A stretch of DNA of 64,000 nucleotides, from positions 95,519 to 159,518 of the forward strand of contig JAJXVV010000001.1 in assembly GCA_021781955.1 (NCBI GenBank). The letters run 5' to 3'. Shown here piece by piece: positions 36,657-45,028 of the stretch. Made by a program: the position numbers and the translations under genes. Each line of letters opens with the position of its first letter. The stretch's first letter is position 1. Source of the stretch: a bacterium. GTDB taxonomy: Bacteria; Patescibacteriota; Minisyncoccia; Phycocordibacterales; UBA2100. The notes below the pieces were generated by a model. The model saw nothing but the letters and a program-made list of their open reading frames with translations. It was not told the DNA's origin and searched no databases.

Positions 36657-37786
36657 ATGAACGCGCGCAATGCCAGTCCGATCGCGGTCGCGTACTGGAG
36701 CGACGTGCGCCGGTCGATCGGCGGAATGTACTCGTTGTAATCGCATACGCGGCGCCAGACGTCGCCCCGGTACGTTGGCGCTTGGACCCGGCCCGCGATG
36801 TAATCGGTGAGTCCGCTCAAATTGGAGCTGCCGCCGACCAACACAACGCGCGACACCGGCGTCATGCGATCGCCGCGATCATTGCGCCGCGTGTCCCAGT
36901 AGTGAAAGTGGCGCGCGACCTCGTCGCCGAGTGCGGAGGCGGTCGCGACCATCATCTCCATGCCCGGTGTCTTGTTGCCGTCTTCGGGATAGAGCCCCTC
37001 TTCGTTCTTGAGGTGGGTCGCCTGCGCTACCGAAAGACCGAGCTTCTCTTGCAGGGCCTTATCGATTGCGTTGCCGCCCACTTCGACGGTCGACGAGAAA
37101 ATGGGAATGCCGTTCTTGAGAACGGCGAAACCGCTTCGGGCGCGCCCGAAGTCGACGAGAAGCGTAATGAGCGGATCTCCGTTGTCGCAAATGGTGCGCG
37201 CGATCGAGCGCGATTCTATCTCGAGCGACAAGAGCGTCATGCCGGCGGTAGCGAATACGTCGGCGTAGCTTTTCGCGAGGTCGCGCGGGAAGACCGACAC
37301 CCCGATCTGCATATCCTTTTCATCATACTCGATACTGTCGTAGTCGAAGACCGAGATATCGGGCGATATCGGTACGCGCCCCTCGAACTCGAATTCGATG
37401 AGTTTCATTACCTGATCGCGCGGCGTCCCTTTCGGCACTCGCATCTCAAAAATGTACGCCGGCTCCTCAGGCAGCGCCGCATGCGCGCATGCGATGCCGC
37501 CCAGGTTCTCGCGCATTTTGCGTAAGGCCTCGGCGAGCGCGGCCGGATCCTTGATGACGCCATTCTCGACGATGCCCGGCGCGAGCGGCTCCTCGCCGAA
37601 GAGCGCGACTCGGAGCCCTCGCCCATATGACGCGCGCTCAAGCACGAGCCATTTGATGGATGCGTCGGAGATATCGACGCCTGCGGAGGGCGGCAAAAGA
37701 TACGAGGGCGTGGGGAACGCGTGCGACAGGGCGTCCGAGACGCTGCGCGCGTACCCGCCGAGCGCAGTTTGCATCGACGAACTCAT
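36653..37786 (-). CDS. pilM: Type IV pilus assembly protein PilM (actin-like ATPase fold)
   Basis: N-terminus VDISDASIKWLVLE and overall actin/FtsA-like fold signature typical of PilM; 377 aa. Confidence 0.75.
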   Translation of the reverse strand: MSSSMQTALGGYARSVSDALSHAFPTPSYLLPPSAGVDISDASIKWLVLERASYGRGLRVALFGEEPLAPGIVENGVIKDPAALAEALRKMRENLGGIACAHAALPEEPAYIFEMRVPKGTPRDQVMKLIEFEFEGRVPISPDISVFDYDSIEYDEKDMQIGVSVFPRDLAKSYADVFATAGMTLLSLEIESRSIARTICDNGDPLITLLVDFGRARSGFAVLKNGIPIFSSTVEVGGNAIDKALQEKLGLSVAQATHLKNEEGLYPEDGNKTPGMEMMVATASALGDEVARHFHYWDTRRNDRGDRMTPVSRVVLVGGSSNLSGLTDYIAGRVQAPTYRGDVWRRVCDYNEYIPPIDRRTSLQYATAIGLALRAFI

Positions 37787-37826
37787 GGCAACAGTATACC
37801 GCGATTGCGCGGCCTCGAGCGGGTTC

Positions 37827-38180
37827 TCAGCGCAGCGGCGTGCCTGGAGGGAGCGGGCGTTCTGATTTCAGGAGCGCGACGCCGTTCCCATCGCTTGCCG
37901 CGAGCAACATGCCCTGGCTTTCGATGCCGCGCAGCATGCGCGGCACAAGATTGACGACGTACGGGAGCTGCTTGCCGACGAGTTCGTCCGGCGATTTCCA
38001 CTGCGCGATACCGGAAACGATCGTACGATGCCCCAGTTCTCCGAAATCGATCGTACATTTGATGAGCTTGTCGGTCTCCGGCACGAGCTCGGCAGCAAGC
38101 ACGGTTCCGATGCGTATGTCGAGCTTCGAGAAATCAGCGTAGGGCACCTGTTCTTTCATGGCGTCTTGCATACCGGTCAT
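37827..38180 (-). CDS. csaA: tRNA-binding domain protein (CsaA/Myf-type)
   Basis: DIRIGTVLAAELVPETDKLIKCTIDFGELGHRTIVSGIAQ is the OB-fold tRNA-binding domain found in CsaA and the MetRS C-terminus. Confidence 0.7.
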   Translation of the reverse strand: MTGMQDAMKEQVPYADFSKLDIRIGTVLAAELVPETDKLIKCTIDFGELGHRTIVSGIAQWKSPDELVGKQLPYVVNLVPRMLRGIESQGMLLAASDGNGVALLKSERPLPPGTPLR

Positions 38181-38181
38181 T

Positions 38182-38571
38182 CTACGCCCTCGCCCGCACA
38201 TCGAGAAATCGCTGGAGAATGATGGCGGCGGCAGCAGCGTCGTCGTGGCCTTTGCCTTCGGGGGCATAGCGGGAGGCCTCAATCGAGCTCCATGCCTCGA
38301 AGGCGCGGGAAAGCGGTACGCCGCTTTCCCGCGCGAGAGACTCTGCAAAGGCATCCGCCTCTTGCGTCACCGGATTCTCCGCGCCGGACAGCGCGCGCGC
38401 GTCCCCGACGACGACGTGGCCGACCTTTTCGTCGGTTATCAATCGAGCGAGCGCTCGCATGAGCGCCGCGTCGTTGGGCAATACCATTCGCGGGAACGCG
38501 ATAACGCCACGTTCATCGGAAATAGCGACCCCCATCCGCTTGCTTCCGTAGTCGATGCCGAGGTACTTCAT
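38182..38571 (-). CDS. ruvX: RuvX/YqgF putative pre-16S rRNA nuclease (Holliday junction resolvase-like)
   Basis: MKYLGIDYGSKRMGVAISD start characteristic of YqgF. Confidence 0.85.
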   Translation of the reverse strand: MKYLGIDYGSKRMGVAISDERGVIAFPRMVLPNDAALMRALARLITDEKVGHVVVGDARALSGAENPVTQEADAFAESLARESGVPLSRAFEAWSSIEASRYAPEGKGHDDAAAAAIILQRFLDVRARA

Positions 38572-38684
38572 GAAAAGAGTATCGCCCGGAAAGCCCTGAT
38601 ATGCAAAACGGCCGGAGCGGGGTCTTGCTCTGGCCGATTGCACTAGCTACTACAGCGCGCCTTTAAGATTTCTTTCATCGCGGA

Positions 38685-39389
38685 TCACGGCGATGCGTAC
38701 TCATCGATCTCCCGCACCCCGAAGGCCCGCACGGTGCCGCTCGCGTTCGTGTCGCCGATAACGACGACACGCTCGCCCACCTTGAAGTTGCTCCCGTACG
38801 GCAAGCGCGTACGCGGGGTTATCACGAACGTGGTCGTCCCCACCCGACCTTCGTCCGAGAGGGTGAACGTGCTGGGACCAACGTCCACGATAGTGCCGCG
38901 GTAGAGATCGGGAGGCGGCGGAGGCGCGAACAGCATTTCGAACGGCGCCGGCAATTGCCCATGCCGCGCGGAGAACATGAACCCTCGATGCAGAGGCGTC
39001 AGCGAGATGAACACGCCCGCCACAACGATGAACGTGAGGATGGCGAGGCTCGAGGTGAGCAGCGGCTTCTTGTATACAAACGCGAAACGCCGGACCAGTA
39101 CCTCGAGCGCGACAACGAAGACAAGAATGAAGAGGAACAAGAACCACGGCAGCATGCGGAGCAATTCGAACCAGCCGCGCTGGCCGAAATCGGTCGCGAA
39201 CAACGCTCCTGAGTCGCGAAGAAGGAATACCGCGAGGGAGGTCGCGTACAGCAAGGTGAGGCCCACGATCACCACCCCGCTCACCGTGAGCGTGGTGAGG
39301 AGCGCGAAGTGCCATCGCGGGCGCATGCGCACCTCGCCTTTCTTTATGGCGTTCATGATCCTTATTTCGAGCGGTTCATGTTCATTCAT
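38685..39389 (-). CDS. Membrane protein, candidate anti-sigma factor cognate to the upstream ECF sigma
   Basis: 4-nt overlap with the sigma gene; several TM helices then a ~90 aa C-terminal soluble domain; no family signature. Confidence 0.45.
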   Translation of the reverse strand: MNEHEPLEIRIMNAIKKGEVRMRPRWHFALLTTLTVSGVVIVGLTLLYATSLAVFLLRDSGALFATDFGQRGWFELLRMLPWFLFLFILVFVVALEVLVRRFAFVYKKPLLTSSLAILTFIVVAGVFISLTPLHRGFMFSARHGQLPAPFEMLFAPPPPPDLYRGTIVDVGPSTFTLSDEGRVGTTTFVITPRTRLPYGSNFKVGERVVVIGDTNASGTVRAFGVREIDEYASP

Positions 39390-39949
39390 ACGAGATCTGT
39401 GTGCGATGCGGAGAAACGCTGCAGCGCCGTACGGGCGCGCGCGAGCCGGACGCCGACGGTCGAGACGGGAATGTGGAGCACTTCGGATATCTCTCGGTAG
39501 TCCATCCCCTCAAGGTAATACAAAATGACCGGTTCGCGGTATTTCGCGCCCAGCTTCTCCAGGTGTTTCTCGAGGGTCGCCCGCAGATCGCGTTCGAGCG
39601 CGGCGCTGTCGGCCGTTTCAGGCGCTGCCAGGTGCGGTACGAGCGTGTCGAGATCGAAAGCAAAGATCGTGCGGCTCGCCGTGCGCTTCTTGAGCGCGTT
39701 CACGAATTCGTTGTGCGCGATGCGGTAGATCCATGGTGAGAACTTGCGCGAGGGGTCGAAGCTTTGGATGTTCTCGTACGCCTTGATGAAGACGTCTTGC
39801 ACGACATCGGCCGCATCGTCGAGGTCGAAGAGGAACTTGCGCGCGTAGCGCGAAAGTTTCGCCTGGTAGCGCTCGATCAGCACGCCGAAGAGATCGCTCT
39901 CTCCTTGTTGCACGCGTACCGCGACCTGTTCATCCGTTCCTTCCGCCAT
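39386..39949 (-). CDS. ECF-family RNA polymerase sigma factor
   Basis: Sigma-70 region 2 ([39 protein letters not shown]) and region 4 ([20 protein letters not shown]). Confidence 0.85.
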   Translation of the reverse strand: MAEGTDEQVAVRVQQGESDLFGVLIERYQAKLSRYARKFLFDLDDAADVVQDVFIKAYENIQSFDPSRKFSPWIYRIAHNEFVNALKKRTASRTIFAFDLDTLVPHLAAPETADSAALERDLRATLEKHLEKLGAKYREPVILYYLEGMDYREISEVLHIPVSTVGVRLARARTALQRFSASHTDLV

Positions 39950-40349
39950 AGAGCTTCGATGTTTTATAGATCTCGGGCTTGAACGGCGCAAGGCGAACGA
40001 CCCTACAGGTGACGCCTGCGGCCGCGAGGTCGCGCTCCAGATCGTCCACGTACTCACCGTGCTGGTCGTAGCCGAGCGCGATGATGTCCGGTTTGGCCGC
40101 CATGACGTGCGACAGGTAGCCGACCTCGTCGCCCAAGACCGCTTCGTCGACCAGGGGATGTGCCGCGATGTCGGCCAGGCGCGCGGCTTCGTCGTACCGC
40201 GGGCGGAAACCGCGGTGCCGCGACGCGGCGCTGTCCCGCGCCACCGACACAATGAGGTGCGGCTCGGGGCCGATCGAGCGTGCCTGCCGGAAGAAGTCCT
40301 CGTGCCCGGGATGGATCATGTCGAACGTTCCGAAGACCATGATGCGCAT
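39930..40349 (-). CDS. Cytidylyl/nucleotidyltransferase-family protein (RibL-like FMN adenylyltransferase candidate)
   Basis: [20 protein letters not shown] (GTFD..H.GH nucleotidyltransferase motif); ~139 aa, the size of archaeal RibL; near a standalone riboflavin kinase. Confidence 0.55.
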   Translation of the reverse strand: MRIMVFGTFDMIHPGHEDFFRQARSIGPEPHLIVSVARDSAASRHRGFRPRYDEAARLADIAAHPLVDEAVLGDEVGYLSHVMAAKPDIIALGYDQHGEYVDDLERDLAAAGVTCRVVRLAPFKPEIYKTSKLYGGRNG

Positions 40350-40382
40350 AGCCTGAAGCGTACACGCATTTAGCGCCCCGCG

Positions 40383-41339
40383 CTACGATCGGGTTTCTTC
40401 GGCAAGGACTTCGCGGTTGACGCGCGAGAGCATGAACATCGCGATGAGGAGGAGCGCCGTGCCGACCCATTGGCCGACGTAGAGTCCGAGGTACGCGCCA
40501 GAGACTTGGTTGCCCGGGATAAAGTAGGCGTTGACGAAGACAGCCGCGAGCGGAAAGCCGAGTTCGGCGATGGTCGCGATCGACGCGCGGGTGAATTGAA
40601 GTCCATAGTAGTAGAGGAAGAGCGAAAAAACGCCGGAAGTGAATGCGATGATGACGATGAAGAGCACGTCGGTCTCGGTGATCGTGCTGGCGGCCGGGAA
40701 CGTGCCTTGCGCAGCGTTCAAGAGCACGAGGAACATGAGCCCGACGACGAACCGCAGCGACGTGAGCGTCTGGAACGCAGTATCGCGCAGCACATACTTG
40801 CCGAAGACGGTCGAAGCACCCCAAAGCGTGGCCGCCGCGAGCGCGAGCGCGGCGCCCATAAGGTCGGGATTGAAAGTTTCTCCCGCGTAGGTCTGCGGGA
40901 CGAGCGACGGGAAGCTCACGAGGTACGCGCCGAAGAGCGCGAGCAGGGTCCATGTCCAGAAATTCTTGTGGAGCGGCTCGCCCAAAAGCACCCATGCGAG
41001 CACGATCGCGATCAGCGGCTGCACCTTCTGGAGCAGAATGGAGACCGACGGATTGACGTAGTGGAACGATTCCGTGAACGCGACCGCGGCGAGGGCCGAG
41101 CCGCACACGCCGATGAAGAGAATGGCGAGCCACTCGCGGCCCGATATCTTTTTGAGATCGCCCCAGTTGTAGAGGAGAATGGGCACCGCGACGACGCAGG
41201 AGACAAGATGTTCACCGAGCACGATGAAGGTCGAGGCGAGTCCTTGCGTGAGGTGGACGCGGAACGGCGCGTCGGTCGCCCAGAGCGCCGCAGCGACAAA
41301 AACGAGCAGTGGCCCCCAAAGGGCGATGGTCTTTTGCAT
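40383..41339 (-). CDS. DMT/EamA-family transporter
   Basis: 10 TM helices, two EamA-like halves; 318 aa. Confidence 0.8.
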   Translation of the reverse strand: MQKTIALWGPLLVFVAAALWATDAPFRVHLTQGLASTFIVLGEHLVSCVVAVPILLYNWGDLKKISGREWLAILFIGVCGSALAAVAFTESFHYVNPSVSILLQKVQPLIAIVLAWVLLGEPLHKNFWTWTLLALFGAYLVSFPSLVPQTYAGETFNPDLMGAALALAAATLWGASTVFGKYVLRDTAFQTLTSLRFVVGLMFLVLLNAAQGTFPAASTITETDVLFIVIIAFTSGVFSLFLYYYGLQFTRASIATIAELGFPLAAVFVNAYFIPGNQVSGAYLGLYVGQWVGTALLLIAMFMLSRVNREVLAEETRS

Positions 41340-41349
41340 GGAGCGTATT

Positions 41350-41703
41350 CTAGCGCACGCGCGCGAAGTATGCTCGTGCCGCAGAAAGGTCCTTCGCGAT
41401 GGCTTTCTTGAGCGCCTCGTCATCGGCGAAGCGTTTCCCTTCGCGCAACCTCTTGAGGAGCGTCACCACCACGTTCCATCCATAAAGATCGGCGGAGAAG
41501 TCCAGGAGGTGCGCTTCAAGCAGGCGGCGGCGCTCATCGGCATAACAGACCGCGTCGAATTCTTCCTTGTCAACCTTCACGCGTGCGGCGTAAATACCAG
41601 AAAGTGCCGGATTCTCAAGCGGAATGTTTATCGTCGGGAACCCGAGCGCGCTCCCGCGTTTCTCGCCTTTTTGGACGATACCGGTATACGTATGTTGTTG
41701 CAT
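41350..41703 (-). CDS. Standalone riboflavin kinase (RibF C-terminal-domain type)
   Basis: GIVQKGEKRGSALGFPTINI matches the flavokinase GxVxxGxxxGRxLGFPTxN motif; no N-terminal FAD synthetase domain. Confidence 0.7.
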   Translation of the reverse strand: MQQHTYTGIVQKGEKRGSALGFPTINIPLENPALSGIYAARVKVDKEEFDAVCYADERRRLLEAHLLDFSADLYGWNVVVTLLKRLREGKRFADDEALKKAIAKDLSAARAYFARVR

Positions 41704-41770
41704 CCGCACCAGTATACACGCAGGCACTATTGCAAATACAGCGCGTTTCTGTAGAGTTCAGTTTGTCGCT

Positions 41771-42493
41771 ATGATCCCTCTTTTGCTCGGTTTCGCCGCC
41801 TTTTGCGCAACGATGCTCGGCGGCTCGCTCGCGCTCAAGCTGAGCGACCGGCTGCACGTCATCCTCGGCTTCAGCGCCGGTGCCGTTATCGCGGTTGCCT
41901 TTTTCGACCTCATGCCCGAGGCGCTTAATCTTGCCGGCAAAATGCACGCGCTCTCGACCGTCGTCGCCTTCACCGCGCTCGGTTTTCTCCTCTACCTTGT
42001 ACTCGATCGCGTCATTTTGCTCCACAACCACGGCGACGAAGAGCACGGGCATGCCGCCGAGACGCGCGGCAACGTACGCGCCGGCTCGCTCTCGATCCAC
42101 TCGTTCCTCGACGGGCTCGGGATCGGGCTGGCGTTCCAGGTCTCCGCAGCGGTCGGCGCCATCGTCGCTGCGGCCGTGCTCGCGCACGATTTCAGCGATG
42201 GCATCAATACGGTCAATGTGGTCGTGCGGCACGGCGGCAAGTATAAGGAAGCTTTGCGCTGGCTCGTCGTCGACGCGACCGCGCCGGTGCTCGGCGTCGT
42301 GGTGACGCTCTTTTTCGCGGTTTCGGAGGATTCGCTCGGTCTTTTGCTCGCGATGTTCGCGGGCTTCTTCCTCTACATCGGCGCCTCCGACCTCATACCC
42401 GAAAGCTACCACCAGCACCCAAAATTTCTCACGACCGCGATGACCGGGCTCGGCATGGCCGTCCTCTACCTCGCGATCCATTTCGCGGGGTAA
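41771..42493 (+). CDS. zupT: ZIP-family zinc transporter ZupT
   Basis: HNHGDEEHGH loop, HSFLDGLGIG and HDFSDG signature helices; 8 TM. Confidence 0.85.
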   Translation: MIPLLLGFAAFCATMLGGSLALKLSDRLHVILGFSAGAVIAVAFFDLMPEALNLAGKMHALSTVVAFTALGFLLYLVLDRVILLHNHGDEEHGHAAETRGNVRAGSLSIHSFLDGLGIGLAFQVSAAVGAIVAAAVLAHDFSDGINTVNVVVRHGGKYKEALRWLVVDATAPVLGVVVTLFFAVSEDSLGLLLAMFAGFFLYIGASDLIPESYHQHPKFLTTAMTGLGMAVLYLAIHFAG

Positions 42494-42585
42494 TCCGTAT
42501 TCCCCAAAATACAAAAACAAGGGTGGCCGGACAGCCGCCCCCATGAAGCATGATCACGCCTGTTGCGTTACTCGCTGCACACGTG

Positions 42586-42657
42586 TGCGCGCTGAGGGAT
42601 TCGAACCCCCGACCTTTGCTGTGTAAAAGCACTGCTCTACCGCTGAGCTAAGCGCGC
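42586..42657 (-). tRNA. tRNA-Val (anticodon UAC)
   Basis: Minus-strand fold: acceptor GCGCGCT/AGCGCGC, D-arm GCTCAGCGGTAGAGC, anticodon loop TTTACAC, T-arm GGGGGTTCGAATCCCTC. Confidence 0.8.
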
Positions 42658-42738
42658 TTGGCGTACCCTCACGATAGCGCACCCACCCGGGCGAGGCAAC
42701 ACAAAATCTTCCTGAAACTGACCTTTGTACTTTTTGGG

Positions 42739-42810
42739 TGCCCTCGGCAGGAATCGAACCTACATTACATCCTCCGCAAGGATGCGTCCTATCCATTGAA
42801 CGACGAGGGC
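42739..42810 (-). tRNA. tRNA-Arg (anticodon GCG; unusual, ACG is the bacterial norm)
   Basis: Minus-strand fold: acceptor GCCCTCG/CGAGGGC, D-arm GTTCAATGGATAGGAC, perfect anticodon stem CATCC/GGATG with loop TTGCGGA, T-arm GTAGGTTCGATTCCTGC. Confidence 0.7.
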
Positions 42811-42865
42811 TCTGGAAACCTCCAGAGGATACTACAGATTTGGCATTTCTTCGAGTGCTGCGAAC

Positions 42866-42884
42866 ACAGAGGACGGTCCTCTGT
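42866..42884. repeat. 19 bp palindrome ACAGAGGACGGTCCTCTGT (copy 1 of 2)
   Basis: Near-perfect palindrome; exact reverse-complement copy at 52421-52439. Confidence 0.6.
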
Positions 42885-42943
42885 AAGAATGATTGTCCAC
42901 ACGTTCGGGAGAGTTGAGTGCAAACGTGTGCGATGATGGCTGC

Positions 42944-45022
42944 ATGAAGCTGCAAGGTTTCCGACCGCTCGATCGCGGCGAACTCTCAATTCTCGCCGCA
43001 CTCGTCTTGGTCGCCGTCTTGGGCGCGACCGGCCTCTTCCTGCAAGCCGTCGGCCCGACGTCGGTCTCCCAAACCGCTACGGCGGCAAGTCCTGAAGGCT
43101 CCAATCTGTACGGCGGTTTGCCCATCACCACAGGTCTTACACCAAGCCAAAATGTTTTGAGCATTGCACAACAAACCAAGCAAGCGCAAGGTCAAGAATC
43201 AACCGAGTGCACAACCCAGCAGAACAACGCCGCCGCTGCGGGCGCGGACCAACCCGATCCTAATCATCCGCTGGTGCAGCAGATCGACCAAGGCGGGTAC
43301 ACGATCGAATCGAACAAGTGCGTCGGCGCGATGTTCGACAGCACTAACCCGGTAGTGCAAAAAGATCAGCAGGCGGGCAGCGATCCCAAAAAAGATCCGA
43401 AGGCGTATAAGTGTGTCGGCGAAAAGACCCAGGTGTGGTTGGGGTCGGCACTATCAGGAACGATCCATTCAAGCGTAAATACGGATACGTCTGCAAACAA
43501 CAAAGTGGGTACGTGCCAGGTGACCTACTGCGATGCCAGCGGAAAAAATTGCACGGCGACTGCCGCCGCGGTCTTGGGCGGGCAATCGCTCAGCCAGTGG
43601 GCTGCAAGCCCGAGCGTCGCGTCTTCGATCAACTTCGGCAGCCTGCCGCCGACCATGCAGAATAATTTGCAGGACATGGTGCAGGACCAGCAGGTGGCGA
43701 ACCAGGACGCGCAGAACGCACTCAATAATGCGGTGAAAACCTGCCCAACCTGTTCGACCGTCAGCATCAACCAGCAAATAGCCAATGCTGCAGGTTTGTC
43801 GTCATCGTGCGCGCCGAGCAGCGCCCCGGGTATGTGTGACGTGAACGCTGCGGGGGCGAATATGCAGATTCAACAACAACAACAGCAATTAAATCAAGAG
43901 ATGCAGCAATTGGAGAAAGCGGCGGTACCCCTTTCTTCCGCAGGCGGGTTCCAGGGCCCATGTCCAGCGGGGCAAACGAACAACGACGCTGGCTGTGCCC
44001 CCTCGAGTCCTGGACCAGCCGCTGGTCCTGCGAACGCTCAGAATCCTTACAATTCAGGCGGTACCTTCGGCGGCGCTGGCGCTAGCGGCGCTTTGAGCGG
44101 TCTACTGAACGGACTTGGGCGCGGTTTGGCAATGAGCATGATGATGCCGCAAGCGTCGATGATGCAGGCTGCGCCCGCGCAGATGTGTTCGACCGATCCA
44201 AACATCTACGCCCAGCAGCAGCAGCAATACCAGCAGCAAATGCAGCAGTATAACTATCAAATGCAGATGCAGCAGTATATGCAAATGCAGCAGTACAACC
44301 AGATGCAGATGAATCCGTACAACGCGCAGATGTACGGCGGATACATGTACTCGCCGCAAATGTCGTACATGCCGACCGCGTGCATGCCCTCAACCCAGTC
44401 ACAGTGCTCGATGCAGCCGCAGCAGCCCGACCCTTCGCAGTGCTCGGGCGGTTCGTGGCAGCCGACCTACTCCGGCAACTGTATCGTCAACTGGCAGTGC
44501 GGCGGGTCGACCGCCTCGCAGCTTGGCCCGCAGATATCTTGTCAGCCTCAGCTCGCCGACGTGGGGATGAATGTCGCGATTGCCTACTCCTGCGCGGCAG
44601 GCACCGCCACGAGCACTGGGTTCACCGCTTCCGGCCAGAGCGGGACCACGACCGTCATCATCGCTAAGCCGCCTGCGGGCAATAACACCGTCACCTACGG
44701 CCTCACCTGCGTGGCCGGTTCGGCAACGGCCGGTGCGCAATGCTCGATACAGATCGAGCAGCCGACGATCACGCTCGTCGCAAATCCGGCGACCATCAGC
44801 GCCGGAGGCACGTCGCAGTTGGGATGGATCACGAGCGGCATCCAGTCGTGCGTCATCTCGTCGCCCGACGACGCGACTTTCACGCAACAGAATTCGAGCA
44901 ACACGAGCGCCAATGGTACCGCGCAGACGCTCGCGGCGGCGACCACGGAATCCTATGCGCTCGATTGCACCACCTATGCGGGCGGCTCGCTCTCGGCGTC
45001 GACGACCGTGTCGGTCCAGTAG
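42944..45022 (+). CDS. Large secreted protein with Gln/Met/Tyr-rich prion-like low-complexity core and C-terminal 2-Cys Ig-like domains
   Basis: Signal/anchor MKLQGFRPLDRGELSILAALVLVAVLGA; QQQYQQQMQQYNYQMQMQQYMQMQQYNQMQMNPYNAQMYGGYMYSPQMSYMP tract (nt ~44210-44390); two C-terminal ~90 aa Cys-containing beta domains. Confidence 0.65.
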   Translation: MKLQGFRPLDRGELSILAALVLVAVLGATGLFLQAVGPTSVSQTATAASPEGSNLYGGLPITTGLTPSQNVLSIAQQTKQAQGQESTECTTQQNNAAAAGADQPDPNHPLVQQIDQGGYTIESNKCVGAMFDSTNPVVQKDQQAGSDPKKDPKAYKCVGEKTQVWLGSALSGTIHSSVNTDTSANNKVGTCQVTYCDASGKNCTATAAAVLGGQSLSQWAASPSVASSINFGSLPPTMQNNLQDMVQDQQVANQDAQNALNNAVKTCPTCSTVSINQQIANAAGLSSSCAPSSAPGMCDVNAAGANMQIQQQQQQLNQEMQQLEKAAVPLSSAGGFQGPCPAGQTNNDAGCAPSSPGPAAGPANAQNPYNSGGTFGGAGASGALSGLLNGLGRGLAMSMMMPQASMMQAAPAQMCSTDPNIYAQQQQQYQQQMQQYNYQMQMQQYMQMQQYNQMQMNPYNAQMYGGYMYSPQMSYMPTACMPSTQSQCSMQPQQPDPSQCSGGSWQPTYSGNCIVNWQCGGSTASQLGPQISCQPQLADVGMNVAIAYSCAAGTATSTGFTASGQSGTTTVIIAKPPAGNNTVTYGLTCVAGSATAGAQCSIQIEQPTITLVANPATISAGGTSQLGWITSGIQSCVISSPDDATFTQQNSSNTSANGTAQTLAAATTESYALDCTTYAGGSLSASTTVSVQ

Positions 45023-45028
45023 CGATGT

